DNA of 64,000 bases from Candidatus Campbellbacteria bacterium (GCA_024653945.1 JANLIT010000004.1:13281-77280); one strand, 5' to 3'. Positions 7,535 to 17,323 are shown, numbered from the stretch's first letter. Notes: generated from the letters alone by a model not told the origin. Program-made: numbers and translations.

Positions 7535-10500
7535 TTAGTAAAGACACATCTTCAATCCTCCAAAGCCTGTGTTTGGAGCTCCGAGTGGAAGAATGGATGT
7601 TTGTTCACCCAAAACCTCACCAAGAACCTCTCCGCCACCATCTGTGGATGAGTTTCGACGAAAACCTGAGCTTCCGCCACCATTACTTCCACCACCATCG
7701 TCTGTTGTAATTGTAGGATTTTGGTGGTTACCGAAGTCAATACCAACCAGAGAATCTCCTAGAGAAAGTTCCACTTCATGGCCGGCCCCTTCACCCTGAC
7801 AGAGCGTGTTGCCCGACGGGTATGTCTTCTCCCATCCGTCCTGGCCCGTCTCACAGACTATGTATGTGTCTGGAATAAGGTCGGAGAATGAGTAGTTTCC
7901 ATCAGCGTCGGTTTCCGTTGACACGATGAACCCGCCTTCACTATCGTTTGAAGCGTGGATCGCCCAGCCCTGAAGACCTGGTTCACCCGAATCCTTGATA
8001 CCATCAGCGTTAAGGTCATTCCACTTCATACCCGAGATTGAGCCTCTGTCATCATCGTTTGTAAAGACACACGTAATTGTTTCTCCGTTAGACAGAACAA
8101 TGTTGCCTGAATTAATATCGGTGTGTCCTGTGTCATCTGATGTACACGATACACTTTGAAGATTCCATCCAGGTAGAACTGTCTCAGTCACTGAATACGA
8201 GGTGCCAACATTAAGGTCACCACTGTTGTGTTCCTGATTTGCTTCAAGCAAGAAGTTATCAGTACTCCAACTTGGGTCAAATTCAAACGCAGTGTTTGTG
8301 TCGCTTACTTCTGTCACCTCCTTGCGAACGATAATTCGTTCGCCATCATCGTCATCGTCGTCTCCACTTGTTTGAGGGTCATAGGTGTTGGTGAATGTGC
8401 AGGTAACGTCTTCATCCTCACCAAGTGTAATTTCAACATCACCTTCACCTAGGTCGTGAAAAAAATCAACGTCGTCGCCACAATCAACATCCGTGACATA
8501 CCAATCGTCGTCGGTGCTAGTTAATTCAGTAACGATATAGCTTCCAGCTACAAGACCTGAGAATGTTTCTGGATCATTGCTTGCTGTAAGGAGTATGTCG
8601 TCATCGCCCCCATCGAGGTCAAATGAGAATGCTTCATCTTGACTTCCCCCCACAACAACCTTATCAATCGTAATAGAACCTCCGTCCTGGTGATTGCCGA
8701 AATCAAAACCATCTCGGTCATCAGTACCTGTGTCAATAATAAGTTGGTACCCAACACCATCATCACACGCTACAGCATATCCGTCAGAAATCTCTGGTGA
8801 TGTTTGATTCCAACCACTTCCTTGTGCTTCACACACTTTGTAATCGCCATAAGAAATATTGAACTGGTAGTAACCGTCTGAATTTGTTTCCATTGAGCCA
8901 ACGAGGACATCCTCGTCATCATAGATATTGATAGTCCAACCTTCAATTGTTGGTTCGTCGTAATCTTTGTATCCATCATTATCAAGATCGTTGTACTTCA
9001 CACCATTGATGTTTCCTTCACCACCTCCCTGTTGTCCGTCTCTCTCGTTGATAAGGTTGAAGGTGTACACACCCTGATCACTGTCGATATTCCAAACAGT
9101 ACCTCCTCCCGCACCACTGAAGTATGACCAGCCATCCTGCATAACTTCGTCCACAGTGTACTCATCAAGAGCAACATCATTGAAGGTTACACAACCTGTT
9201 TCATCAGTAATACCTGTGTACCCCTTGTAGATATCAACCGAGAGTGTTCCTGAGTTATCATCAAACCATCCTGGGTTCTGCACACCACTATCACCATCAA
9301 AGATGGTAAATGGTACTGGACCAGTAACGCTTGGTGTGAACCCTTGGAGGTATGCATGTGGAGTATTGTATGCACCCCAGTTGCCGAATCCAAGTCCACT
9401 AAAGTCGCCACCAATGTTGAGTTCAAGAATTTCTGTTGGGTACCCTGTGTATCCGTCCATCTGGGTTGCCCAAGAATCTATTGTAGAGTATTCAGAGTCA
9501 ACAAGGTTTGCACCACCTTGGTTACTCCACGTACCGTCTGCAAAAGCAAGGTATGATGTTCCCGCGTCAAGCGATGTTGAGTCAGTACCGTTGATATCCT
9601 CTGAATCAACAATCAAGTCCGATTCTACAGAATCACCCTTGAGGAAGACCGTCCATCCTGAAAGACCCTCGTTCTGGCCCACCTCATACTTACAAATCGT
9701 AACTTCATTGTGGTGTTCTGGTTCTTGTGGTGGCACACAGAAGAGCGCCACGTTGTCGAGGAACGTCCCCTCGGAGTTTGGAGTACCGAGGTCTTTAAAT
9801 GCGATGTCTGTTGAACTGTCTCCGGCTACAAATGAGTGTGCATACGTGTTCCATACCGTGTTTAGATTTGCACTTCCATCAAGACTCACCGCGTTAAGCA
9901 CGTTGCCATCTTGTGAGACTTCAAGATTGTTTTCTGAAGTTCCTGTTCCTGGTCGTGGAGAGAATGCGTATGAAAGTTGATACGTTCTTCCTGGAACCGT
10001 TGCAATAGCTTCTGAAATGATAGTTGATGCCTCTTCACCATTTGGACCACTTGCGTGACCGTTCCAATCAGAATCGAGCTCAGCGTACTGTTCAAGCTCA
10101 TATGGCAACCATCCGTTTACTCCACCGTGAAGTTCTGCATTTGCTGTAGCGGGAGCGCCTACAAATGCACCCGCCCATGCAACCGTCCAATCAAGACCTG
10201 AAAAACCTGAAGCAAAGATGTCCCATCCAGAACCATCGGTAACGTCTGGCAATTCAAATCCTCCGTTTGCAATAAGATTTTGTTCAGGATTACACTCGCG
10301 AGCGTTCACAAGGTTAAATGTTTGTGTGGGTTCATTTACTGTGACCTGACTTCCTGCATTAGTTGCATCATCTGCATCAGTAAGGTTTTCCCAACCCTCC
10401 TGCATAAATTCATCAAGAGTATATGTGCCATAAGGAACCGCTTCAAATGACACACAACCATCTTTATTCGTTGTTCCTGAATAGTCGTGTTCATCAGTAT

Positions 10501-12454
10501 CATCGGCCATAAATGTATCATCACCGACATACTCATCAAGCCACACCTCCCAATCTGAGAGAAGGTTTTCTGGGTCAACTGAGTTTTCATACTTACAAAT
10601 CGTTATGTCTGATGTGTCTTCAACTGGTGGTTGCTCACAAGATGTCTGCTCTTCACCGTTCACCACAAGTTGGTAGATACCTGCTGCGGGGTTCCTTTCA
10701 GGAAGCTGTTCGTATCCTGCCATACCAATGTTTTCAACCGTCAATTCAATAGTGTTCCATCCTGAATCAACATAACTGGTGACATCCGTAGGACCAGTAA
10801 CAGCTCCATAGTTAAATTCGGTTATGTTTGAGATAACAGGGTCACCGTTGATAGTAATCCAGTAGCGGTTATCTGCAGCAAGATTAAGAGTTGCGTCGTT
10901 TACAGGACCGTCAACAAAGAAATCTTTTGTAAATGTTTTTGCCACAGTTTGTGATCCGTCAACAACTTGATAGCTGTCCCAAATCCAAGTAGCTACACTG
11001 TTGAGTGCTGTGGTCCATGCACCGTGAATCCACGCGGCAACTGCATCACCGTTACCAACGCCTTCGTCACCCGCTTCACTCACCACCTCTACACGACACG
11101 CTTCTGCCACCAAGATAGGAACGTTCCACGCAACACAGTAGTAGTCTGTGTCCGGTGTGGTGCTAAGCCATTCCCAGTTATCATAGTGAAGTATGTCATC
11201 AGAACAATAGATTTCTGCTGAAACATTTTCTGTTGTGTTTTGACCTGTAAAAGGAATGTAATTTGCGTCAAAAAGTTCACGTACACGAAGCTGACTATCG
11301 TTTGAAATATCAACCACTGCAGTACCAGCAACAAATGCTGTCCATCCTGCTCCTGCTGAGCCTGGAGTATTGTCGTCAGGGTCTCCAGCGGTGCTGTAAC
11401 TCCATTCAAAGTCCCACGGAACGAGCTGACAGCCGTTATTTGGGTTTGCTGCGAGCCAGCGAGTTGCAGTATTTGATGTCACAGTTGTAAGTGTTGATGT
11501 ACCTGCGCCCCAGTTTGGAAGGTCACTTTCTTCATCACACTCAATTTTTTGTGCGTGAAGGGTAACAGTTTCTTCTGATGGAACGACGCCTTCGTTATAT
11601 GCAACACAGTGGGCAGTTCCGTCAGTGGGAACGAATGTAAGCTCTTGGTTATCGTTTGTACCAGAAGTATCTCCGTCACCTTCACAGTAAAGACCTAAAA
11701 CATCTTCGTTTGGAAGTTTGTTACCGGCGCCGTCGGTTTCAACAATAAGATAGCGTCCAGCTGATGGGAGATTGTCTATAGTGAGTATTCCGCTACCGTT
11801 TGTTGAACCATCTTCAATGAATGGTCCGTCTAATTCTGGGTAAGGACCATCGGTATCATCTGCTTCGCCGTGAACATACCCAAAAGTCTTGCCCGACTGC
11901 AAAGCACATGCTTCTGGTACATCTCCGCCTACACCATTATCGTCGCGATTTACGGTTGTACCGTCAGGACACACGTATTTTGTAATTTCAATTGAACCCG
12001 TTGGGTCATCACTGCCTATATCTTCACAAGCATCCCCGATATTATTCTGATTTCCGTCTACCTGATCTGGATTTACAGCATTTACACAGTTATCACATGC
12101 GTCTCCAACACCATCCCCATCTGCATCTTCTTGGTTAGGATTTGCAACCTCAGAACAATTATCTGAGTCATCGGGAATATCATCATCGTCTGTGTCTACT
12201 GGATCTGGTGCGGGACAAGCGCCACTTTGATCGGGCATAACATCTCCGTGGTCAAGATGTGTTTGAAGAGCGTTTGCATTAAAGGTTAACAAAGAGAAAT
12301 TGCCGTCGTCGTCTTTGTGACAAACAGTAACATCTCCTGCTGGTTGTGCATTTACTAACGAGCCAAAAGAAAACACTCCAACAACAAGGAGTGCGCCCAA
12401 AAGCCCCAACCCAATAGTTCGATATGTTTTATACGAGGTAGTAATGAAAGCCAT
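7535..12454 (-). CDS. giant secreted adhesin-like protein (1639 aa) with thrombospondin type-3-like Ca-binding repeats and several SdrD-B/Cna-B-like domains
   Basis: Signal peptide; D-rich DxDxDG/NC..NP.Q repeats (about aa 83-150); segments with TCTFTNT/TCVFTND motifs and GMKWNDLNADG; C-terminus identical to the 605-aa paralog. Confidence 0.75.
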   Translation of the reverse strand: MAFITTSYKTYRTIGLGLLGALLVVGVFSFGSLVNAQPAGDVTVCHKDDDGNFSLLTFNANALQTHLDHGDVMPDQSGACPAPDPVDTDDDDIPDDSDNCSEVANPNQEDADGDGVGDACDNCVNAVNPDQVDGNQNNIGDACEDIGSDDPTGSIEITKYVCPDGTTVNRDDNGVGGDVPEACALQSGKTFGYVHGEADDTDGPYPELDGPFIEDGSTNGSGILTIDNLPSAGRYLIVETDGAGNKLPNEDVLGLYCEGDGDTSGTNDNQELTFVPTDGTAHCVAYNEGVVPSEETVTLHAQKIECDEESDLPNWGAGTSTLTTVTSNTATRWLAANPNNGCQLVPWDFEWSYSTAGDPDDNTPGSAGAGWTAFVAGTAVVDISNDSQLRVRELFDANYIPFTGQNTTENVSAEIYCSDDILHYDNWEWLSTTPDTDYYCVAWNVPILVAEACRVEVVSEAGDEGVGNGDAVAAWIHGAWTTALNSVATWIWDSYQVVDGSQTVAKTFTKDFFVDGPVNDATLNLAADNRYWITINGDPVISNITEFNYGAVTGPTDVTSYVDSGWNTIELTVENIGMAGYEQLPERNPAAGIYQLVVNGEEQTSCEQPPVEDTSDITICKYENSVDPENLLSDWEVWLDEYVGDDTFMADDTDEHDYSGTTNKDGCVSFEAVPYGTYTLDEFMQEGWENLTDADDATNAGSQVTVNEPTQTFNLVNARECNPEQNLIANGGFELPDVTDGSGWDIFASGFSGLDWTVAWAGAFVGAPATANAELHGGVNGWLPYELEQYAELDSDWNGHASGPNGEEASTIISEAIATVPGRTYQLSYAFSPRPGTGTSENNLEVSQDGNVLNAVSLDGSANLNTVWNTYAHSFVAGDSSTDIAFKDLGTPNSEGTFLDNVALFCVPPQEPEHHNEVTICKYEVGQNEGLSGWTVFLKGDSVESDLIVDSEDINGTDSTSLDAGTSYLAFADGTWSNQGGANLVDSEYSTIDSWATQMDGYTGYPTEILELNIGGDFSGLGFGNWGAYNTPHAYLQGFTPSVTGPVPFTIFDGDSGVQNPGWFDDNSGTLSVDIYKGYTGITDETGCVTFNDVALDEYTVDEVMQDGWSYFSGAGGGTVWNIDSDQGVYTFNLINERDGQQGGGEGNINGVKYNDLDNDGYKDYDEPTIEGWTINIYDDEDVLVGSMETNSDGYYQFNISYGDYKVCEAQGSGWNQTSPEISDGYAVACDDGVGYQLIIDTGTDDRDGFDFGNHQDGGSITIDKVVVGGSQDEAFSFDLDGGDDDILLTASNDPETFSGLVAGSYIVTELTSTDDDWYVTDVDCGDDVDFFHDLGEGDVEITLGEDEDVTCTFTNTYDPQTSGDDDDDDGERIIVRKEVTEVSDTNTAFEFDPSWSTDNFLLEANQEHNSGDLNVGTSYSVTETVLPGWNLQSVSCTSDDTGHTDINSGNIVLSNGETITCVFTNDDDRGSISGMKWNDLNADGIKDSGEPGLQGWAIHASNDSEGGFIVSTETDADGNYSFSDLIPDTYIVCETGQDGWEKTYPSGNTLCQGEGAGHEVELSLGDSLVGIDFGNHQNPTITTDDGGGSNGGGSSGFRRNSSTDGGGEVLGEVLGEQTSILPLGAPNTGFGGLKMCLY

Positions 12455-12814
12455 ATGTATATGATTAGTGACCTACCTTTTTGGGTAGGCTATTAAAAAC
12501 GTTTTTTATAAAAATACCCCTGTGTACAACTAATTATCCCTCTACAAACCGTCTCCACCTCGGAGATCAAATTTTTCTAAAGATTACACCGTCATTTTAA
12601 TCTAGTCAAGCCCCACAAGTCAAAGACATTTTTAAAGATTTTGTGTATAGACGGTGGATAATAATACAATACAAAAGAATAATTGTGTCAAACGACTTTC
12701 CTGTTCATTGACAAAATTCTTTTTACTCATTTTGATAATTTTCTTTTTTCTCACCCCATCCTTTTCAACACAACAAAAAGAGTTCAATCCCCCACCCCAC
12801 CAAGATTAATATCT

Positions 12815-12852
12815 CCCAAAGGTTAAACCTTCGCAAAGGTTTAACCTTTGGG
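12815..12852. repeat. REP-like palindromes (2 copies) of the family CAAAGGTT(T)AAACCTTYG
   Basis: caaaggttaaaccttcg followed by caaaggtttaacctttgg; the same palindrome family flanks the RAYT gene. Confidence 0.65.
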
Positions 12853-12867
12853 TACCATACATATCCA

Positions 12868-12996
12868 TAAAGGACATTATAAAAGACATTTAAATATGGA
12901 TGCGATGTTTATATTTTTATAAAGGACATAAAGGACATTATCTCGCCCCACCTTCCACCACCAAAGGTTAAACCTTTGGGCGTTGCGTCCTTTATA
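12868..12996. promoter_or_regulatory. array of five TAAAGGACAT-like direct/inverted repeats in the intergenic region upstream of the giant adhesin gene
   Basis: taaaggacat at 12868, 12920 and 12929; taaaagacat at 12879; inverted copy gtcctttata at 12987. Confidence 0.35.
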
Positions 12997-13043
12997 AAAA
13001 TTTCATCCCTGTGGTGTAAATTACCGAACGAAGGTTTAACCTT
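12961..13043. repeat. two REP-like palindromes at the 5' side of the RAYT gene
   Basis: ccaaaggttaaacctttgg (12961-12979) and cgaaggtttaaccttcg (13027-13043). Confidence 0.65.
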
Positions 13044-13052
13044 CGTAAATCT

Positions 13053-13710
13053 TATGGGAAGAAAAGTGGCACTTGCTCTGGGTGAGTTTTACCATCTCTA
13101 TAACCGGGGCGTCGAAAAAAGAATAGTTTTCACTAATAAATATGACTATGATCGTTTTTTGTCCCTGATGTATCTATGCAATACCACAAAATACGTAGAT
13201 GCTCGAGAGCAAGGAGGTACGCTTCAAAAAGCCTACAGAACAAGGGGTGGCAATCGAATAGTTGATATCTGTACGTATTGCCTTATGCCAAACCATTTTC
13301 ACATTCTCATAAAGGAAATGGCCGAGGGTGGTGCCAGTAAATTTATGCAAAAACTAACCACAGGATACACAATGTACTTCAATAAACGATATAAACACAC
13401 CGGGGCACTTTTTCAAGGAACATACAAATCATCACACGCAAATACCGACCAATATCTTTCCTACCTTATTGCGTATATTCATCTCAATCCTGTCAAAATT
13501 ATTGAACCGAACTGGAAAAAAGACGGCATCCTGAATTTACAAAGAGCTGAAATGTACCTAAAAGAATACCCGCACTCAAGTTATCTCGACTATCTCGGCA
13601 AAACACGCGTTCATAATTGCATCATAAATAAGAGTGCTTTGCCTGAGTACTGTAGTACTCCACAAGATTTTATGGAAAGTGTTAAAACTTGGCTCTCCCC
13701 GAAGGTTTAA
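13053..13710 (+). CDS. REP-associated tyrosine transposase (IS200-like Y1 transposase, RAYT)
   Basis: HuH motif NHFHILI and catalytic-Tyr region YLIAYIHLNPV; flanked on both sides by REP palindromes; the ORF track starts at 12976, but the two 5' REPs lie inside that extension, so Met 13053 is preferred. Confidence 0.75.
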
Positions 13711-13734
13711 CCTTCGCGAAGGTTAAACCTTCGG
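13700..13734. repeat. two REP-like palindromes overlapping the RAYT stop codon
   Basis: cgaaggtttaaccttcg and cgaaggttaaaccttcg. Confidence 0.65.
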
Positions 13735-13779
13735 GAAACGGCTCTTTCAGCTTTATCTTTCTGTTGCTAGAATGGTCGT

Positions 13780-15966
13780 ATGACTCCTGACAAATTCCTC
13801 AAACCATATAATCCAGTACAAACAGAAAAAGACACATACACACGATGGGAAGAGAGCGGTTATTTCAATCCTGATGTGTGTGTACAAAAGGGGGTTACCT
13901 CGGCCGACGCCCCGCCATTTTGTATCGTCCTTCCCCCACCAAATGTGACGGGTACACTCCATCTTGGCCACGCACTTGAAGACTCACTACAAGATGCAAT
14001 GATTCGCTTTGCCCGTATGCGTGGCAAAAAAACTCTCTGGGTGCCCGGAACTGACCATGCGGCAATCGCCACACAAACGAGAGTTGAAAAAATTCTTGAA
14101 AAAGAGGGGGTCCGTCGTAGTGACTTGGGCCGTGAAAAATTCCTAAAACGAGTAAATGCCTTCGCACAAAATTCACACGATACGATTGTGTCACAAGTAC
14201 GCGCAACAGGCGCGTCACTTGATTGGTCGCGTGAAGCATTCACCCTCGATGAAAAACGTTCGTTCGCCGTGCGTACCACATTCAAGCGAATGTATGATGA
14301 AGGGCTCATCTACCAGGGCAAGAAAATTGTTAACTGGGACCCGAAGGGTCAGACGGTTATTTCGGATGATGAAATTGAGTATGTGGAAGAAAAAACAAAA
14401 TTGTATTATTTCAAGTATGGCCCATTTGAAATCAGCACCGCACGACCAGAAACGAAATTCGGTGACAAATATGTCGTCATGCATCCAGCGGACACACGAT
14501 ACGCGGGATACACACATGGGCAGAAAATTGAACTTGAGTGGATTAACGGGCCAATCACTGCAACCGTCGTTAAGGACGAAAGTATTGATATGGAATTCGG
14601 TACTGGGGTGATGACTATTACACCGTGGCACAGTATGGTTGACTTTGATATGGCAGTACGCCACGGCCTCGACTACGAACAGATTATTGACTCACACGGA
14701 CGTCTGCTCCCTATTGCACAAGAATTTGCGGGAATGAAAATTACCGACGCGCGAGAAAAAATTGTTGAAAAACTACAACAAAAAGGTCTTGTTACCCGCG
14801 TCGAAGAAAACTATGTACACAATATTGCTACCGCACAACGCTCTGGCGGAAAAATCGAACCGCAGATAATGAAACAATGGTTCGTGAACGTAACCAAAGA
14901 ATTTGTTCTTCCCCACTCGACCATCCCAAGCATCACTTCAGGAGCAACGACCACCCTCAAGGAAATTATGCGTAAGGGTGTCCTGGGCGGAGCAATACAC
15001 GTTCTTCCCGACCGGTTTGAAAAAATATATTTCCACTGGATAGACAACCTCCGTGATTGGTGTATCTCGCGACAAATTTGGTATGGACACCAAATACCAG
15101 TGTGGTATCGGGGAGATGAAATATATGTTGGTATTGAAGCACCCCAGGGTAACGATTGGATTCAGGATGAAGATACGCTTGATACGTGGTTTTCTTCGGC
15201 TTTGTGGCCGTTTTCTACCCTCGGATGGCCCCAAGAGACATCAGACCTACAAACATTCTTCCCAAATACAGTTATGGCCCCTGGATACGAAATACTCTTT
15301 TTCTGGGTTGCGCGAATGATTCTCATGAGTGGCTACCTACTTGGCAGTGTTCCGTTTAAGACAGTGTACCTGCACGGCATGCTCCGAGACGCGCAAGGAC
15401 GTAAATTTAGTAAATCTGCAGGAAACGGGGTAGATCCTTTGGATATTATCAAATCGTACGGGGCTGACGCATTGCGCATGTCGCTCGTTGTTGGTATCGG
15501 TCCTGGTAATGACAGCAACTTTACTGAAGACAAGGTGCGCGCATATAAAAAGTTTTCAAATAAAATTTGGAACGTCACACGATTTGTCCTAGACAACACA
15601 GAGGGTGTTCCAAAGGAGCAACCGGAACTTCGCGCTGAAGACATCGCTCGTCTTGAAGAACTTTCGGCTCTTACAAAAGAAGTTACCGAAGAGTATGAAC
15701 AATATCAGCTCTACCTTGCAGGAGAAAAACTCTATCATTATGTGTGGCACACACTTGCCGATGTTATTCTTGAGGAACGAAAGGATATTCTTGTTGGTAT
15801 TGATGAGAAAGCAAAACGAAGTGCACAGTGGACCTTGATGCATATCCTAACCACATCACTCAAACTTCTCCACCCACTTATGCCATTCGTTACCGAGGAA
15901 ATTTGGAGTTCACTTCCCCACACAGAAACTGATATGATTATGGTAGCTCCATGGCCACGTACATAA
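13780..15966 (+). CDS. valS: valyl-tRNA synthetase (short form, 728 aa, lacking the C-terminal coiled coil)
   Basis: HIGH-region PPPNVTGTLHLGHA; KMSKS as KFSKSAGNG; ValRS-like editing and anticodon-binding segments. Confidence 0.85.
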   Translation: MTPDKFLKPYNPVQTEKDTYTRWEESGYFNPDVCVQKGVTSADAPPFCIVLPPPNVTGTLHLGHALEDSLQDAMIRFARMRGKKTLWVPGTDHAAIATQTRVEKILEKEGVRRSDLGREKFLKRVNAFAQNSHDTIVSQVRATGASLDWSREAFTLDEKRSFAVRTTFKRMYDEGLIYQGKKIVNWDPKGQTVISDDEIEYVEEKTKLYYFKYGPFEISTARPETKFGDKYVVMHPADTRYAGYTHGQKIELEWINGPITATVVKDESIDMEFGTGVMTITPWHSMVDFDMAVRHGLDYEQIIDSHGRLLPIAQEFAGMKITDAREKIVEKLQQKGLVTRVEENYVHNIATAQRSGGKIEPQIMKQWFVNVTKEFVLPHSTIPSITSGATTTLKEIMRKGVLGGAIHVLPDRFEKIYFHWIDNLRDWCISRQIWYGHQIPVWYRGDEIYVGIEAPQGNDWIQDEDTLDTWFSSALWPFSTLGWPQETSDLQTFFPNTVMAPGYEILFFWVARMILMSGYLLGSVPFKTVYLHGMLRDAQGRKFSKSAGNGVDPLDIIKSYGADALRMSLVVGIGPGNDSNFTEDKVRAYKKFSNKIWNVTRFVLDNTEGVPKEQPELRAEDIARLEELSALTKEVTEEYEQYQLYLAGEKLYHYVWHTLADVILEERKDILVGIDEKAKRSAQWTLMHILTTSLKLLHPLMPFVTEEIWSSLPHTETDMIMVAPWPRT

Positions 15967-15970
15967 TTTC

Positions 15971-16666
15971 ATGCCGATCTTTCAATCAGTTGTCATAGCA
16001 TTTTTAGGAGGATCCATCCCCGCCTTTTTTTGGCTTTGGTTTTGGCTACGTGAAGATAGAAAACACCCAGAACCTCGGCATCTTTTGGTAGCTTGTTTTT
16101 TTCTTGGTATGGCCGGCGTAGTGGTTGCAATTCCCTTGGAAAAAGCAGCCGAGCTCATTTCAACCGCTCCCCTTTTTATATTTATTGTATGGGCGCTTAT
16201 TGAAGAGTCCCTCAAGTATGGTGCTGCCTACATCGGTGGCATGCACACACAAGCAGAAGATGAACCTATTGACGCAATGGTGTACTTGCTCACGGCCGCA
16301 CTTGGATTTGCAGCAGCAGAAAATATGCTCTTCCTCCTCAACCCACTTATTGAAGGCGATGCGTTCGTGGGAATACTCACAGGAAACATCCGTTTTATTG
16401 GAACATCACTCTTACATGTGGTTGCTTCGTGTGTTATTGGAGGTATGGTTGCTCTTTCCTTTTACAAAAAGAAAAAAATACGCCACGAATACTTTTTGGC
16501 CGGACTTATCGGTGCTGTTGCCCTTCACACAGCATTCAACTACTTTATTGTGCAGGGTGGTGCTGGTGGTCTTTTCTATGTGTTTGCAATGCTCTGGATA
16601 CTCGTCATTGGGCTCATGCTCTTGTTTGAAGACGTAAAACGTGTCCATCCACAGGGTGTGGTGTAG
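15971..16666 (+). CDS. PrsW-family intramembrane metalloprotease
   Basis: Multi-TM protein with EExxK (EESLK) and FxxxE (FAAAEN) motifs. Confidence 0.6.
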   Translation: MPIFQSVVIAFLGGSIPAFFWLWFWLREDRKHPEPRHLLVACFFLGMAGVVVAIPLEKAAELISTAPLFIFIVWALIEESLKYGAAYIGGMHTQAEDEPIDAMVYLLTAALGFAAAENMLFLLNPLIEGDAFVGILTGNIRFIGTSLLHVVASCVIGGMVALSFYKKKKIRHEYFLAGLIGAVALHTAFNYFIVQGGAGGLFYVFAMLWILVIGLMLLFEDVKRVHPQGVV

Positions 16667-16746
16667 CAAGTTGTTCTACGGGTGGTACAATTAAGAATAC
16701 TGAAAGTAACACTTTATAAAACAGTAACGTACCTCACACCTATTTC

Positions 16747-17211
16747 ATGAAAAAACAATCATTCTTTCAACGACTCACTGGGGCTATCAATACGGATGAC
16801 GATTTTCTTGACGACGAACAAGACGCAAAAGACATCGTGCGCCGTGAAAGTATTGGAACGCTTGCTGAAGACCACGAGCACGAAGCGGAGCTTGCTGTTG
16901 ATGTGAGTCAAACACCAACTGAAATCATCATTAAGACCATGGTTGCTGGTGTAGGACTTGATGACTTGGATGTGTCCATCAGTCAAGAAATGGTGATTAT
17001 CAAAGGTTCACGCCGTGAAGTGTATGAAGCAGATGATAGTGATTACTTTCATCGAGAATTGTATTGGGGAACATTTGCCAGAACCATTCTTCTCCCTGCG
17101 GAAGTAAAATCAGAAGATGCGATTGCAGAGATTAAAAATGGACTTCTCACTATCCGTCTACCAAAGATAGATAAGCAGAGACAAACAAAACTTCGTATCC
17201 GAACAATTTAA
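16747..17211 (+). CDS. Hsp20/alpha-crystallin family small heat-shock protein
   Basis: Alpha-crystallin domain; C-terminal GLLTIRLPK motif. Confidence 0.75.
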   Translation: MKKQSFFQRLTGAINTDDDFLDDEQDAKDIVRRESIGTLAEDHEHEAELAVDVSQTPTEIIIKTMVAGVGLDDLDVSISQEMVIIKGSRREVYEADDSDYFHRELYWGTFARTILLPAEVKSEDAIAEIKNGLLTIRLPKIDKQRQTKLRIRTI

Positions 17212-17212
17212 A

Positions 17213-17245
17213 TCAAAAAAACCGCCTTCGGGCGGTTTTTTTGTT
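17213..17245 (+). terminator. rho-independent terminator after the hsp20 gene
   Basis: aaaccgccttcgggcggttt hairpin followed by a T-run. Confidence 0.7.
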
Positions 17246-17247
17246 AC

Positions 17248-17323
17248 TGGTGCTTGGGACCGGGCTCGAACCGGTGACCCCCGCCTCTTCAGGGCGATGC
17301 TCTACCAACTGAGCTACCCAAGC
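17248..17323 (-). tRNA. tRNA-Phe(GAA), CCA encoded
   Basis: Acceptor GCTTGGG/CCCAAGC; anticodon loop CTGAAGA; T-arm CCGGTTCGAGCCCGG; terminal CCA present. Confidence 0.85.

Noticed and set aside
12976-13052. N-terminal extension of the RAYT ORF given in the ORF track (start 12976)
   Set aside because: The extension is made of the two REP palindromes. The internal Met at 13053 gives a protein of typical RAYT size that begins just after the REPs.
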